From Podarcis vaucheri (taxonomy: Eukaryota), in assembly GCA_965113315.1 (NCBI GenBank), contig OZ220370.1: DNA of 64,000 nt. One strand, 5' to 3'. Positions 22,835 to 36,445 of this stretch are shown here, one piece after another. The notes below the pieces were generated by a model, which saw only the letters and a list, made by a program, of their open reading frames with translations, had not been told where the DNA came from and searched no databases. The translations under genes were made by a program, and so were the position numbers. Position 1 is the stretch's first letter. Every line of letters begins with the position of its first letter.

Positions 22835-25800
22835 TTTTTGGAAAACACCCCACAAGTTAAAATTGTGTCCCAAGAGAAGGACTAGAAGGGAAGAAATTCA
22901 AATTTATGAAGCCACAAGTTACTTATATTCTGGTTACGAACATGGAATATATTAGTGTCTGAAGAAGAACTTGCTCTTTCATAACCCAACTTCTCCTTGG
23001 CTTGAACTTATAGTGAAGTCATGTAGTATTTATGACACAGAAGATGTTTCCAGAAAAAAAAAATGTTATCACAAATCCACTGGGGTCAGAGGAAAGTACT
23101 TTAACTAAAATAGAAACCACAGCGAACTTTTGCCTAAATAGTAAGCTCTCTTGAAAGCAAATGCACCATCTTAAATTCAATATACATATACCTCCTTTTT
23201 CGTGATGGTGGTCTTCTTTAACTATCCTGTCCAAAATCCCCCAGTCACTTGTTTTGCTTCCAAAACAATTCAGTTTTTAAGATTGAAACCTTTAGGCATT
23301 AAGAGATGCCTCAGACAAGAGAAAGTCTGAAAGCAGTTTGAGTAGTTTGATATTAATGACAAATAATGCAAATAATTAACAACGCTAATGAAATTGAAAT
23401 CAGGGACACACTGGGGAGTTTAAGGGTGGTGACTTCTCTGAGAATGGAAGTTTCTCTGTGAGCTTTGCGCACACCCTACAGTGTAGGCGTGTGGGAAAGG
23501 TTACACTGAACTTGCCCTTTCGTAAGAATCACTTTAGAGCAAATAGCAGTTCCAACATGAGAAAACAATTCTGTGGCACAAGAAGCCGAAGTCTGATTCA
23601 AGGGCTCATTAAATCTGTTCTTTGCATTTCTTTCTCCATATATTATGGCTTTGATAATATTTATGGTTTTAAGAACTTTATTGGCTGTGGTGTTCACTTT
23701 AATCAAACTATCACACGCATCATGAAGCAATGGCTTTGCTTTGTATCCTACACCAAGGTATTAGGCTTTTGTAGCACAATCTACCCTGGTCCTCAGAAAT
23801 TGCACTTGCTCTTTAATCACCCTTTCGCCTTCCCCTGGTATTAATTGCAGGCCAAATGTGAAGAAGCAAATCTGTTCCCTATTTAAAAAAAAGTCTGTGC
23901 ATCATTACATCGATCTCTTGTCTGAAAATGCTGTGACGTGAAAATGTGGACAGGCTAATCAGCACTTCAGAATGGTTGGCACTTATTGATAAAAAACCAG
24001 GTTGTGCCCTTAAATGTTTTTCACCTTTCTTAGGGGGCACTGAATGTATCTTATGAATGCACTTGTGCTTTCCCATGTACCACAACATCAGGGCAAGCAC
24101 CTTGCCTGCTTCCATTGAAGAGAAGGGTGGCAGCCATGGCTTTGCCTATTCATGTGTCAGAGTCTGATCAGTGATCTCTTTCATAGCCTATTCAAGGATA
24201 GGTTGGCTGAGTTTGTCCAGGCTGTGTGATGAGACTGTTTTGAAAGACTACGTTGTTCAAGACTGATGCTCTGCCTCTCCACTGCTGTAGGAACTTAGCA
24301 TGACATCCCAACAGCCCTACAAGTGAGGCAGTGTGAGAGTAGTTGAGTGCCAGTTCTGGGGTCAAGCAGGGATCATTTCCCCCCTTGATCCATATTAAAC
24401 GGAAGATAATAGTCTTCTGCCTACTGTCTCTGCAGCTTCTACAGGTTCTAGAACCAGAGATGGTTGACTGGACTTAGGTAGAGGTAAGGCTTTGGGATAT
24501 TTGGCAGAGTTGCAAATATAAATAGTTGCCAATACAGGTTTGGGTTAAGGCACAGTTTAAAAGGCTACAAGGACGAGCAGCTCAAGACATTGTGCTGGTG
24601 AGGGAACTTTCTCATCACCTCCAAAGAGCTTGTGGGAAGATGGGCTGGTAATTCCTCATGAGGTTACTGTCACAGCGGCTCACAGCATTCCAGCTTATGG
24701 ATAATGATATTTGCTGGTCTCCCTCAGAATACCTTCTATGTATGTAAACTGGGAAAAGTGGAGATATCAAGTCTGGATGAGGGTCACCTAGAGAGGTTAT
24801 TGGAAAAGGCCAACACATGCTTTCCTCCTTGAATTAAGAAGGTGTAACTGTTAATCCTGAAAGGCTGAAGGTTGCAGGAAAATACATAGGAACTGTTAGG
24901 CATGCTGCATATCCTTTGTATGTAATAAAGTTGTGACCTTACTTTATTCCACCTGCTCTTCATATAGGGACAATGCTTGGAATTCCTTTTGACCAAAATG
25001 AGCACTGGATGCTATAACGAGGTGGGTGATTTGCCCACAAGCCCCTGTTTCACTATGGTAGACCAAGCAGCTATGCCAAGAATCTGACTCATACTTTCCA
25101 AAACTGATGAAAAGGAAAGATAACATATATGTAACTGAGGCAATATTGACACCACTATTTCTTTAGTAAACACCTTATGAAAGATTCAAAAAGGAGAAAC
25201 ATCCTTTGAGCTTTATGAATGAAATGTGGTCATGGGATCCCATTAAGTAGGAAACTGTGGCACAATTTCTTTATTTTTTTAAAAAATACTGCCATTTTGG
25301 AAATTTTCTTTATAAGTTTCAATTACTTACATATTGATTGAATGGAGATCAATAGTATTTCCCCATCTCCCTGAAGCCTACTGTCATTCATTTTCTTTTT
25401 AGAGTACAGATGACGACGAGTTTAGGTGTGTCCAATTGGTGCATGGCCACTGACATGTGGGTCCTTTTGAACCTGGAAGAGGGAAGAATGGGGTGGGATG
25501 GGGTGTAACGGAGCAGGGCAAGCTTATGCCTGCTCCGCCAACACGTGCTTTGACCCAGAACACAACCCCCATGGAAACAGGGAGTTGCCTGTACTGCACA
25601 TGACCCTGGTGAGTGGTTCTTATTCTTTGATTCTATCTTGATGATCAGACTTTTCATGCTGTGCACAAGTGATCAACATCTATAGGTGACCAAGCTGTTC
25701 CGCTATTCCTAGTAATTTGTTATGATGAGTGCTGGCTCAGAGTATTTACTGAGACTAGCCATATTCATGTGAACTATCTATGTCTCCTAGAATAAATTGA

Positions 25801-26958
25801 CCTGAACTGTTTTTTTAGAGTCAGTTGAATAGCAGTTACTATGGGTGACTTTATATGTCTATAGCCTTCTATGGCTGCAGTTCAAAGGCACTTACCTGGG
25901 AGTAGTTCCCACTGAGCACAATGGGATTTAGTTATAAGTAGGCATGTATTGGATTGTACTGTTAAAGGCTCATAGGACCTTTCCTTATTTGTCTTCTCAA
26001 TATTTTTTGATTAATCTGCTTTCAAAACTTTCTGTTCTCTTATCTCTTCTGAAGTTAGCATGCCCCCAGAGGGTCTGCTTTTGGATTTGAATTGAGGAGA
26101 CCAGATTTGAAATGTCAGTTGACTTTTGAATTAAATGAACGATCACAGGCAAATCACACCCCATCCCAATTGTGGAACATGATTCCTCTGATCTTTCTTA
26201 GTGATGCTACATATATTGTCACAGTGGGAATAGAAATAATATCTTTCCTAACAAGAGTGTTCTGAGATAAAAGTTGCAAAGAACATTGTCTGCTAAAATG
26301 ACTATATGGCAAATAATTAATAACATTCTTGTGGATTGCTTTGAGGCTGATATTGTGCCTTAGGTTCTTTTTCTAGGGATTTCAATTCCCTATTAATTAT
26401 TTTTCTTTGTCACTTTGATTTTCTGACCCCATAGCACTTTAGCATTGTAAATTTTATCTCTGTTTCTTAAGCTACAGTGTTCTTTTTTCACTTTACATAT
26501 AACACCCCTACCTCTTATTACAGAAACTGTAAACTGGGATGGGGAACCTGTGGCCCTCCAGATGTTTGAGTCCCATCATTTCCATTGGTCTAAACACAAC
26601 TAGAGGGCCACATGTTACTCACCCCTGCTCTTTATGCTAGTCGTAAAGAAGATATTGGCCAGTTAATGGCTGGCTATTTGTTTCTGAGAAATGTATCATT
26701 TTAAAAAAATAAAATCTCATCCCTTACCCCAAATGCTTGAAGTGATGAAAAAAGAGAGAAGGATGTTGGTTTAGGTTTAAATTAAAGCAGGTTCAATTAT
26801 GCCTGTTGAAAAGTAGTGGGATGGTTTTAATTCTACCTAAAAAGAAGTATGGTAGAGTCCCACTCAACTATTAGCACAGGTGTAGTAAAACAAGGTGGAA
26901 GTACTGATGGTAGGAGGGAGGGTTTAACTGGGAAGAAGTATTCAATATGTTCTGTGGG

Positions 26959-27132
26959 CAGGGGCAGACTTTGGTCTTTCAAATTTCAGCAGCGCCTTGT
27001 AGAAGGCCAAAATTAAGTGCCCTTGCCGCTTTCCCTCTGTTGTACTCAATTCACTGTGTCATAGTTGCAACACACCCTAGACTTGGCACCTAGTGTGGCA
27101 GAACCACTTGTGCTGCCCCAAATCCACCTCTG
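26959..27132. mobile_element. Degenerate hAT (Tip100-like) MITE
   Basis: Ends CAGGGGCAGA / TCCACCTCTG with near-duplicated flanks CTGTGGG(C) / TTGTGGGC. Confidence 0.45.
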
Positions 27133-27289
27133 TTGTGGGCACAGGTTTAGTTTGGGGTGGTCCTGAACCCCATCCAGTGTTGTCTTTGGCAGATTGGAGA
27201 AGGTTATAACCAGAAGTGCTTTTGCCCAGCTTTACCTGGTCCACTAGCTATGGCCTTTCCTGAGGAAGGCTGATAGTTAAGTTACACGT

Positions 27290-27720
27290 GCCCTGGTCAC
27301 AGATGGACTACTGTAATGCGCTTTACATGAGGCTGCCCTTGAAATGTTCAGTTGGTACAAAACGCAGCATCAAGGTTTGCTGACCTGAGCTTGTTTCTTT
27401 GACCATATTTTATCATTACGATAGCAGTTGGAACAGTTCTTAGGCTGTGTCTAATTGAAGGTGCTGGTTCTTTGTTTTAAAGTCCCCAACCAGTTGGGGC
27501 CCTCACCTTCCATGACCTGCATGCATACTGTGGACATCAGGAGTTATATGCTCCTCTAACTTGTGAGGCACAGAGACCATGAACATGAGCTTGAGTCTTC
27601 TTGTCTGTCACAGTCTGTGGAAGCCAGGTTATGGAATGCACTCCCCCAGCAGATCTGGATCTTTTGTTTATTAAACAAGTTGTAGGAAATCACAGTTTCG
27701 AATATGTTAAAACTGTCCTG
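27290..27720 (+). mobile_element. Decayed L2 LINE ORF2 C-terminal fragment
   Basis: Frameshifted remnants of DYCNALYMxLPLK, QLVQNAAxR, KVLVLxFKxxNxLGP and LWNALP, the canonical L2 ORF2 end. Confidence 0.85.
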
Positions 27721-28946
27721 CAAGTCGAAAAGCAGCACAGGAGGCAAAGGATTGGGTTACCACAAATTCCCCTGATACGCTAGTTAGCTATTTACAGCTA
27801 GCCATTTTCCTTTTGCATGGGGAGCTATACAAAAGTGATACACCTGCAGTCTGGAATGGCACAGTTCATTCAATTAACTCATTTCCTTCTTAGTTTGCTG
27901 CATGTGTAAATCAAGCTTCAATTAAGAGTGACAAACATCTTGTGTTCCATAGTGAACTTGATGGCAGGTCTGCAGACTTTTCTGGTTAGGAATGTTGTCC
28001 GACTCTACTGTTTTCCTATACTTGAACCAAGGGTATATAATTCTAGTCTCCAGGGTAAACAAAAGCTAACAGAAGAAATACCCTGCTAGCGCCACAGGCA
28101 TGGATATTGACTATTGTAAAAAGATAGCCTTTGCAATCTGTGCTGACAAGTGACAATACACATGTAGATCAGATGGATAAGGAACACACAATTCTTGTTT
28201 TCTGGCAGTATGGAACTAAGACAGCCCTCCTGGCTGGCTTGTCAAGAGTTACGGCATTCCACACACTGGTTGAATAATCGTTGTCAGGTTTTCAAATCAG
28301 TGTCAGGATTTGATGCTAAAAGGGAAAAAAGCATCTCATTTCAAGAAACTGTCATTGTGTTTCATGGGATTCAGACTCGGAGACATTTTATTTCTTATGC
28401 TTACTTGATTACCACCAATTTGCTGAGGTTTTCTCAGCATGTCTTTGAAACCACTTAAGTATTTATGTGTCAAGAAGGATGATAAATGATCTAGGTTACA
28501 GAGTACTGGTGTTCTGGATCCCATCCTTCCTTCAGCTGAACCTGATGCTTGGGGAAAAACATGGCATAGTAATAATATATAGAAGTACAAGTTCCACAGT
28601 TGCTGGTGATAATGGAAAAAGCTTTAGCCATGTGTTGGGTTTCCATAGCTGGAAAAAGAAACACTGTTAGAATTCACAAGATGAATCACAAGAATGGCTT
28701 AGCAACATCCGGAAGAAAAGATATTCTTTATTTGGATTTATTGAATATGTAAAAATTGATTCCAGAGACATTTAGATGATAAAATACAAGTCTGAGTAGA
28801 TCTAAGATGGAAGTAGACATAAGATGTAAAAGTATGACACACATCATTTTTACATGACATGGAACTGATGTTCTAAACCTTGTAACCCTACTTCTGTTAG
28901 TCTACAATAATGGTTGCAAGATGGCTTTTCATAGTGAGAACATTAT

Positions 28947-29003
28947 AGAGTTTTGCAGCACCTTAAAGACCAAAATATCTATCATGACATAAGCTACTTC
29001 ATC
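28947..29003 (-). mobile_element. Penelope-like element short remnant
   Basis: The reverse complement GATGAAGTAGCTTATGTCATGATAGATATTTTGGTCTTTAAGGTGCTGCAAAACTCT is homologous to 34570-34650. Confidence 0.55.
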
Positions 29004-29821
29004 CACTGCAGCATTCTGACTAGGGAGGTTCAAATTCAAATGAAACATGGTAGTTCAATAAAGAGGCATTTTTTAAAATAACACGCTTTGAATAATTGTA
29101 AAGAATCAAGTGGTAAAGAGGCATGTTTTGCTGAGCTCTGAAAACGCTGTTGAAGTTAATTTTGAGATTAGATATCAGTAATGGTGTTTGAAACATAATC
29201 CTATATTTTAATCCCCTCCCCAAAAAAGCCAAATGTGACTAACTGGGAAATAATACATTTCTCAGACCTCCCTGTGCATGCTGATGTAACAACACATTTC
29301 AGGGAAAATGAGAGAGTGGGAGATGGAGGGAAGATGAGAAACCTTCCTTCCAGCCATCCTCACTACTGCTTGTTTGTATCCAAAGTTGAAATTTATGAGT
29401 GTCAGCACCATCTCTAAATATTTAATAAGCCCCTAATAACACCAGAACTTCAGCTAGCATAAGCTGATGGATTTGAATTATTTTTGCTGAGCAATATTCA
29501 GAAATAAACAGATACTAATAGGCTTTTTACGTTATTCACTGAATGACATAAATAACTTCACTGAGTTGAAGTTGCTTTCAGTTACCTCTTCTCTCTTCCC
29601 AGTTTTCTTCTGTAAGCTGCTCCATAAGTTCTGAGGATCAGTCTTAAGAGCAGGCCAGAACAGCGCTTTGTCTGCAGTTCAGCCAATTCCTGAAGTTCCC
29701 ATATAGGGGAGATTTCATCCACCACTTATTCCCTACTCATCCATATGGCTGATAGAAATGACTACCACATCATATTTTCAGCTGTGAGGGCCAAACTACA
29801 CATTACACATAAAAATGTATA

Positions 29822-30063
29822 CAGTGGTACCTCGGGTTACATACGCTTCAGGTTACATACGCTTCAGGTTACAGACTCCGCTAACCCAGAAATAGTACCT
29901 CGGGTTAAGAACTTTGCTTCAGGATGAGAACAGAAATCGTGCTCCGGCAGTGTGGCAGCAGCAGGAGGCCCCATTAGTTAAAGTGGTGCTTCAGGTTAAG
30001 AACAGTTTCAGGTTAAGAACAGACCTCCATAACGAATTAAGTACTTAACCCGAGGTACCACTG
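29822..30063 (+). mobile_element. Tc1/mariner (pogo/Tigger-like) MITE, 242 bp
   Basis: Perfect 18-bp TIR CAGTGGTACCTCGGGTTA; TA on the left, TG on the right; internal TTCAGGTTA subrepeats; second copy at 40703. Confidence 0.92.
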
Positions 30064-30118
30064 TGATTGTAGCGGAAAAACCCACTTCAGGACGGAGCAA
30101 TGCTGTGTACATGCTATG

Positions 30119-30262
30119 AAGCACATTTGAAATGCAATTTTCACCTCAAAGAATTCTGGGTGCTGTAGTTTGTTAAGGGTTGCTGGGAATTGTAACACTG
30201 TGAGGGGTAAACCACAATCCCCAGAATTCTTTGAGGAAAATAATGTGCTTTGAATGTGCTTT
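30119..30262. mobile_element. Palindromic MITE-like repeat
   Basis: AAGCACATTTGAAA..CCTCAAAGAATTCTGGG pairs with CCCAGAATTCTTTGAGG..TTTGAATGTGCTT. Confidence 0.7.
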
Positions 30263-33200
30263 AAAGGTATACTGTGTATGCTTCCTCAGTCGAAGGAAGA
30301 ATGAGATGTCTTACCTGTTCTTCACCTTCTACTTCCCTAGTTCAAATGGTCTCCTCAAATGGCATTTCCTCTGTGATGTTCCAAACATGGGCTTCTTTAA
30401 AAGAACAAAGGAAAACTCACTTTCTGGGGAAACAGAGGCTGGGAGAAAGAAGTTCCCTTCTCCCAGCTGCTTCTCCAATCCCAATTACGCCCCCCCCCCA
30501 AGTGTTGTGTTTATTTAAAGTATAAAAATACAGCAACGGACTTAGGTTGCTGTATATAGCATTACAGGCAGAACAAAGTTGAAGAGGGAGTCGCATTGTG
30601 TGTCCACTAATTCAGTTTGGTGGCATCTTGCCAGCTATGTCCTGCCACCACATCTTCTCCTCCACAGACAGAAGAACAGATGAGACGTGTTCTGCATGAA
30701 GCAACACAATAAACCTGCCAATTTGGCATGGCGCTTCTTACGTTATTATATTTGACTTGCGGTTGGGAATGGAAGAAACTAAACTCCTGTAATTTAAACC
30801 TGAGTAGGACATTGTGCGCTCTTTCAAATGTTGCATAGCTCTTAGAAGATTTCAGCGGCTGCACACCATTATGGAAAGCGATGTAAGGCAAAAAGAGAAA
30901 AATGCTTTGAGTACTGCCTTTAAGTCATGATCAGAATCCTTCGGAGCATCTCTGAAATGTCACCACCAGCAGAATACTGAGACCTATAGTTTCATACAGA
31001 TAAGAAAGCCTATACTATGGAGGGAACAGGGGTAGCAGCAAACGGCTTAAACAGAACAGACGGAGGTAAAACTGTAACAAAAATGTTTTTGCACTGTTGT
31101 AATGATAAAGCCTTCTTGGCTTAGGAAAAAATGTAAAAGAGGTCCTCAGAGTGATTTGAATTGTGCACTCCTGACCTAGGACACCAAGAGGGAAAGACAC
31201 CCTTTACCCATTTCCCATTTGCCAATACAGCGCCTGTAAAACATCAGGGAGGAATTGAGCTGAGACTGGCTAAGGACAGTGGGCTGAATCTGACCAAGTG
31301 TTGTAACAAAAGCAAATGTTTTCCTCTAACTGTGAGGTCAGATTTTTAGCACAATTGCAATGATTAAGTGATACTTTGGGGGTAGTTAAGGTTGAGAAAA
31401 AAGAAAGGGGAAAAAAAGATAAACCATGCCCCCAAAGCTAATAAAAAGAACAGAATTCTGAAGGAACTCAACCTGGGGAATCATAATTACTTGACATTTT
31501 CACTGAAAACCAAGCAGCATATTAACAACTGGGAGCATGTTTACTGAGAACCAAATGCATTGTGAAATATTCTCAACTAGCAATCTATCCCAGGTATTTT
31601 TGCTGGATGAAACCATTGGATTTGTGTGCCATTTTTAGAGGTCTCCAGTGCACCAATGTTAATAGAGTTTTGTTGTACTTCTGGTTTAATTTGTTCTGGA
31701 CTTTATTAGCTTCCCCTTAACACATATGCTGTATTAATCTCTACTTATAAATGGCACTCAGGGCATTTATAGTGGACATTCTAGATGTACTGGGGAAAGG
31801 CACAGGGAGCAGGATAAATAACATATAAAACAAATTCCAAAAGCTTGTCTACTTTCAAGCTATAATTCCATAAAAGCAAACTTTGTCAAAGAAAATACAA
31901 GTATCTCACATGTGGTTATGGCTTAGGGATGCTGCTATGTAACAATATATCAGGATATTATTAAATATGCCTGTCTAGAAGATCTGGAAGCCTCTCTATC
32001 ACTCAGACCTCCCAAATTGTACAGAAAACCCAGTGATAATGCAAAGCAAAAACTACAAATATTTTGGCTTTAAAATTGCATTGGTTTCTTAATAGGTAAA
32101 ATATTTTCTGCACATCTTCCTTGGCCTTGATACTCTGTCCCTGGGAGATAGATGTCAGCTTTACTGATAGCAGATATATTTTCTTATTTTGATCATTAAT
32201 TTCCTTTTTTGCTGTGTACCAAGGTTACAGAATGATGTAGTGCAGAGATTCGCTACCGCTATCAGCTTCTGGAAAATAGGGTTACCTGTACCCAGGTGTA
32301 CCTATTGTTGACACTGTTGCACCATATGTGATTTTTTTTCAGCCTAAGTCACAGAGACGATCTGACATATGTCACTTATTTAGATAAGAGATATATAATC
32401 CATGTGGCTCATTGATCCATCAGGAGTATGAATCCCCAGGGCTCCTCCTTTGTGCAATTGCACAGTAGTGGAAACAGCAGCTCTTTCATGACCAATGACG
32501 GACCCCTATGACACCATGATATGGCAGTACTTTGTTCCTCCCCAACAAGCCTACAGCTGCATAAAGTTCTTTTAGTGTCAACAAACAGCCTCATTGTGTT
32601 CCTTTTCTTTTCCTATCCTCTGTCATACAAAACCACAAGATGGTTTAGAGCATTCAACTAAAGGACCCCCTCAAAAAAAACACACCCTGGTAGGATACTA
32701 ACAAGATTACTGTCCAGCTTTAAACACACTCGGTACCAGCTTATCATCAGCCATTAAAATATTTGCCAAGTTGGATAAGAAGCTCTTGCTTTTTGGAAAA
32801 TGTTTGACCATGGCAGAAGTCCAAGGGCGAAAAGTTCCACTGTTAGTTGCCATCTTGTGCAGATAAAATAGTCAAGCTGTCTTGGTTCATTATAATGATC
32901 CCTATCTAACATAGTCATAGAAGCAGTCTCGTTGACAAGTAGGGTATGATATATTTCTGCTTATTTACACTATGTGTAATTTAGATCCCACTGATATCAG
33001 TTGGGCAATTAGTCATTCTTTAACTTAATTCTACTAAGTTCTACTAACTTAGTCTGGACCTAACCCTCTGTTCTGAAATTCTTTTTGATGTAAGCCACCG
33101 TATCTCACGTAGGGGATTCTGCCTGCCTCTCCTCAAGGAGATCTAAGGTACCTTGCACAATTATGTGCCCAAGGAATAAATAATCTGTTTTATGCTATGA

Positions 33201-34179
33201 AATCACTCCCCACTGCACATGTTTGACTTGTGAGATTGATTTTCCTCATTTTAAATTTTCTTCACCTCCACACTTTGGAACCTTTGGTTCCAGACCATTA
33301 AATAAAAAGTTCATGCTTTGTAGAAATCCAAAAGAAAGAAAATGGCTGGGGAGGCAATTTCCGCTATCCTTTGTTATCCGTCAAGAAAAAGAAAAAAGAA
33401 AGAAAGGCCTCACACAGGGAAACATTCTGCCTTATACCCCCGTGTATTTTGTAACCACTTCTACAGAGAACACAGTTTTTAAACAAAAGAAAGTGCAAAG
33501 CAAATGCTTATTAGGCTGGTGTGGTTGTGCAGTTTATTAAAGGCTAAACCAAAAATAACATTGAGCCACCTCACAGAAAGGTAATGAGATCCAATTGAAA
33601 CTGTTACTTTTGGCATTTCATTTAATCACTTATGCATAAGTCTGATGTCAATGTTTCTGGCATATTTGATTTTCTTTATTTTTGGAGTCTTAAAAAAAAG
33701 AAGAAAAGAGCATGAATTATGTACTGGAACTCAAGCTAGTAGTTTGCCCCTGAGTGAGGGGCTGCAGGAACACAGGCCAGATATGGCACATTGGGCTTCC
33801 CTAATCAGCACAAAACCTCCTCATCTTCCTTATATGTGTTATTTAGGTTTAGAAACAGCATTCAGTTAACACCAATAGACAACTATTTGCAAGCCTAATT
33901 CCATTGTGGAGGCGGTGGTGCAGCTGAAAAGGGAAGGGGGTACTCCTTCCCTCACTGCCCCCCCCAAACTCATTCTGCCCCTGCCCCAAGACTCTCCACC
34001 TGTCCTGGAATGGGGCTTAAAATTACACTGGAGTTAGCCTACTGGTGTCAATAGAAGGCTATTTTCAATGGGGAGAGAGTACAGTCTTCATGTACATGGC
34101 AGTTGGGGATAGAAAGGTCAGTTTGGCTCATCCCATTTCACTGCCGAAGTGGGGGGTTGTGCAGCTACAGTGTTGGCTT

Positions 34180-34495
34180 CTAGGTATTGGCGATGGCAGC
34201 GCCCTCTACCTCATGGGAGAAGCAGTAGTGGCCTCTGGTTTCCAGCAACATCTCACCAGAACCCGGAAGCCGCCACCACTTCTTGCTTTTCCGGAGATGC
34301 TGGGGGGGGGTGCCCACAGTGGCGCCAGGGAACTTATCCAGTGGCACCCCAAGTGCCCCCCGTTGCAGGAGAAGTGAAGGGAAGCACCACACCACTTCTT
34401 GTTTTTCTGGTGGCGACAGCAGCAGGTGGGTCACTCATGGGCTTCCACTGCCTGAGGCAGCTGCCTCCGTTTGCCTTAGGGGTAGATGGGCCCTG
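34180..34495. mobile_element. GC-rich non-autonomous DNA element remnant
   Basis: CpG-rich, with internal direct repeat CACCACTTCTTG(C/T)TTTT at about 34275 and 34391, and ending GGGCCCTG as hAT termini often do. Confidence 0.4.
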
Positions 34496-34565
34496 AGTTT
34501 AGGGCCTAACATCTTTTAATTTTCCTCTGAACTTACTGTTCAGAAACACCCCAGCATCCAATAAC

Positions 34566-34692
34566 ACATCTGATGAAGTGCACTATAGTCCCCCAAAGGT
34601 GATGCCATAATGAATTTGTATGATTTTGAAGTTTTACAAGACTCTTTTTAAATTTTTGCTGCAACAGACCAGCACAGCTACCTGTTTTGGAA
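34566..34692 (+). mobile_element. Penelope-like element remnant with degenerate minimal hammerhead core
   Basis: CATCTGATGAAGTG.AC.TATA.GTC..CAAAG, followed by ATGCCATAATGAATTTGT...ACAAGACTCTTT...GCTGCAACAGAC...GCTACC, matching my recall of the abundant sauropsid Penelope-derived repeat. Confidence 0.65.
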
Positions 34693-35404
34693 GTATTCTG
34701 GTTACATTTTTTTTTTTTAAAGGAGAAAAGCCAGACACAGTTCTCACTTGCACCTGTCCACTCCCAAGGCAAGGATTTATTTTGTACTGGATACATTAAT
34801 GTGTGCTGACACTTTGCATCAACCATCGTTTCCCAAACTGATGCACCCCCTGCAATGGATGAGGGGATTAGGTAATGGCCAGCCTTAAATATCTGGGCAC
34901 CTGGTTTTGGATTTGGATATTATGTGTCGGCCTATAGATAGTGGGGGGTTCCTTTTCTCTGAGGGCAGTACATGTGTCCATTATCCTATATTTCGTTTAA
35001 AACAACCCAGTGTGTTATTAGGATGAGAAGTGGAACCTGACTCAGGATCACCACAGTCACCTAAGCAGGGATATGAAGCCAGCTTTCTGCAGTCTAAGGT
35101 CATCACTATGCTCACTGCACCTCACTGGATGGAGCTCTGTCTCTTTTTCTTTGCCTGTCTCCCTCCTACATTCTAGCTAGTCCACCTTTTATCTACATCC
35201 TGCTGGAACTGTCTGCTTACTTGGCATACCTAAAGGGCCATCAGAAGCGTATCTTTCGCTTCAGTGGGTTGACCCTAGACAAGTAAGCCTTGTGGTGATG
35301 GCATGGGCAGAACTGCAACTTTCTTGGCCCTTTTGCAGCTTTGCAATTGGTGCAAGTTCATATAAATGCCCCTGTTCCCTGAAATAAAATTCATATACAT
35401 CTAT

Positions 35405-35690
35405 GTTGTTGTTGTTTAGTTGTTTAGTCGTGTCCGACTCTTCGTGACCCCATGGACCAGAGCACGCCAGGCACTTCTGTCTTCCACTGCCTCCTGCAGT
35501 TTGGTCAAACTCATGCTGGTAGCTTCGAGAACACTATCTAACCATCTCGTCCTCTGTCGTCCCCTTCTCCTTGTGCCCTCCATCTTTCCCAACATCAGGG
35601 TCTTTTCCAGGGAGTCTTCTCTTCTCATGAGGTGGCCAAAGTATTGGAGCCTCAGCTTCACGATCTGTCCTTCCAGTGACCACTCAGGGC
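35405..35690 (-). mobile_element. 5'-truncated Bov-B (RTE clade) LINE
   Basis: Translates to ...SLEGQIVKLRLQYFGHLMRREDSLEKTLMLGKMEGTRRRGRQRTRWLD...WRALVHGVTKSRTRL, the Bov-B RT C-terminus. It has a (CAA)n tail and a perfect 11-bp TSD TATACATCTAT (35394-35404 and 35691-35701). Confidence 0.96.
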
Positions 35691-36209
35691 TATACATCTA
35701 TAAGAAATGCAATGTAAATATTTAGTAGTTGTATTTTAAGGCATCACTATAAAGCCAATAGGAAACTAATTATACAGTATATCTCTCTCTTGGTGGTTGC
35801 TACATATGCTAACTGATTTTTATTTATTATATTTATTTATTAATTTTGCTATTTTTGTCAGCTACAGGGAGGTTTTCCTTATCATCTACAAGGAAAGGAA
35901 CAAGATAACATAACAGGAACAGCTGCTTAATCTGGAAGTATCATCCAGCATTTTCTCCCCAGATTGTTTGGATCTTCCTTGCTATGCATGGACTAACTGA
36001 CCAATGTGATTGTGAGTGTTTAAGGCTGGGAGGTTTGCAGAAAGGACGGGGGATTTCCTGATACGACATAGACTCTGGGTATGTTAAAATCTAGCAAGTG
36101 TACAAAAATTAAAACTAGCTCCCCCGCACTCTGCACTTTATTAGGAGAAGCTATGAATAGTGTCTGCTGCTGAAGGGGAAAATTTGTATGGAAAGATGGC
36201 AGGAAGCTG

Positions 36210-36445
36210 TTCTGGTTTTTGATTGTTTTGTATCTCTTGCTGTATGTTGTGACCTCCCTGTTTGATATTTGTATTGATTGCTGATAGGTTGCACTGTGCT
36301 ATGTTATGAGTGGATTGTGTTTTAAGTGAGAAAGGTTCTGAGGTTTTGTTGATATTTCTGTGTTGCTTTTATGCTGTAAACTACTCTGAACTGTCTCTTG
36401 GGAGGAAGGGCAAGGTTTAAATTTTACAAATAGAACAATAATAAA
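36210..36445 (+). mobile_element. Old L2-type 3' UTR remnant
   Basis: TG/T-rich tract ending TGTAAACTACTCTGAA...GGAAGGGCAAGGTTTAAAT plus an A-rich tail. Confidence 0.5.

Noticed and set aside
24150-25100. Possible decayed DIRS/LINE coding remnant
   Set aside because: Impression from composition only; no motif confirmed.
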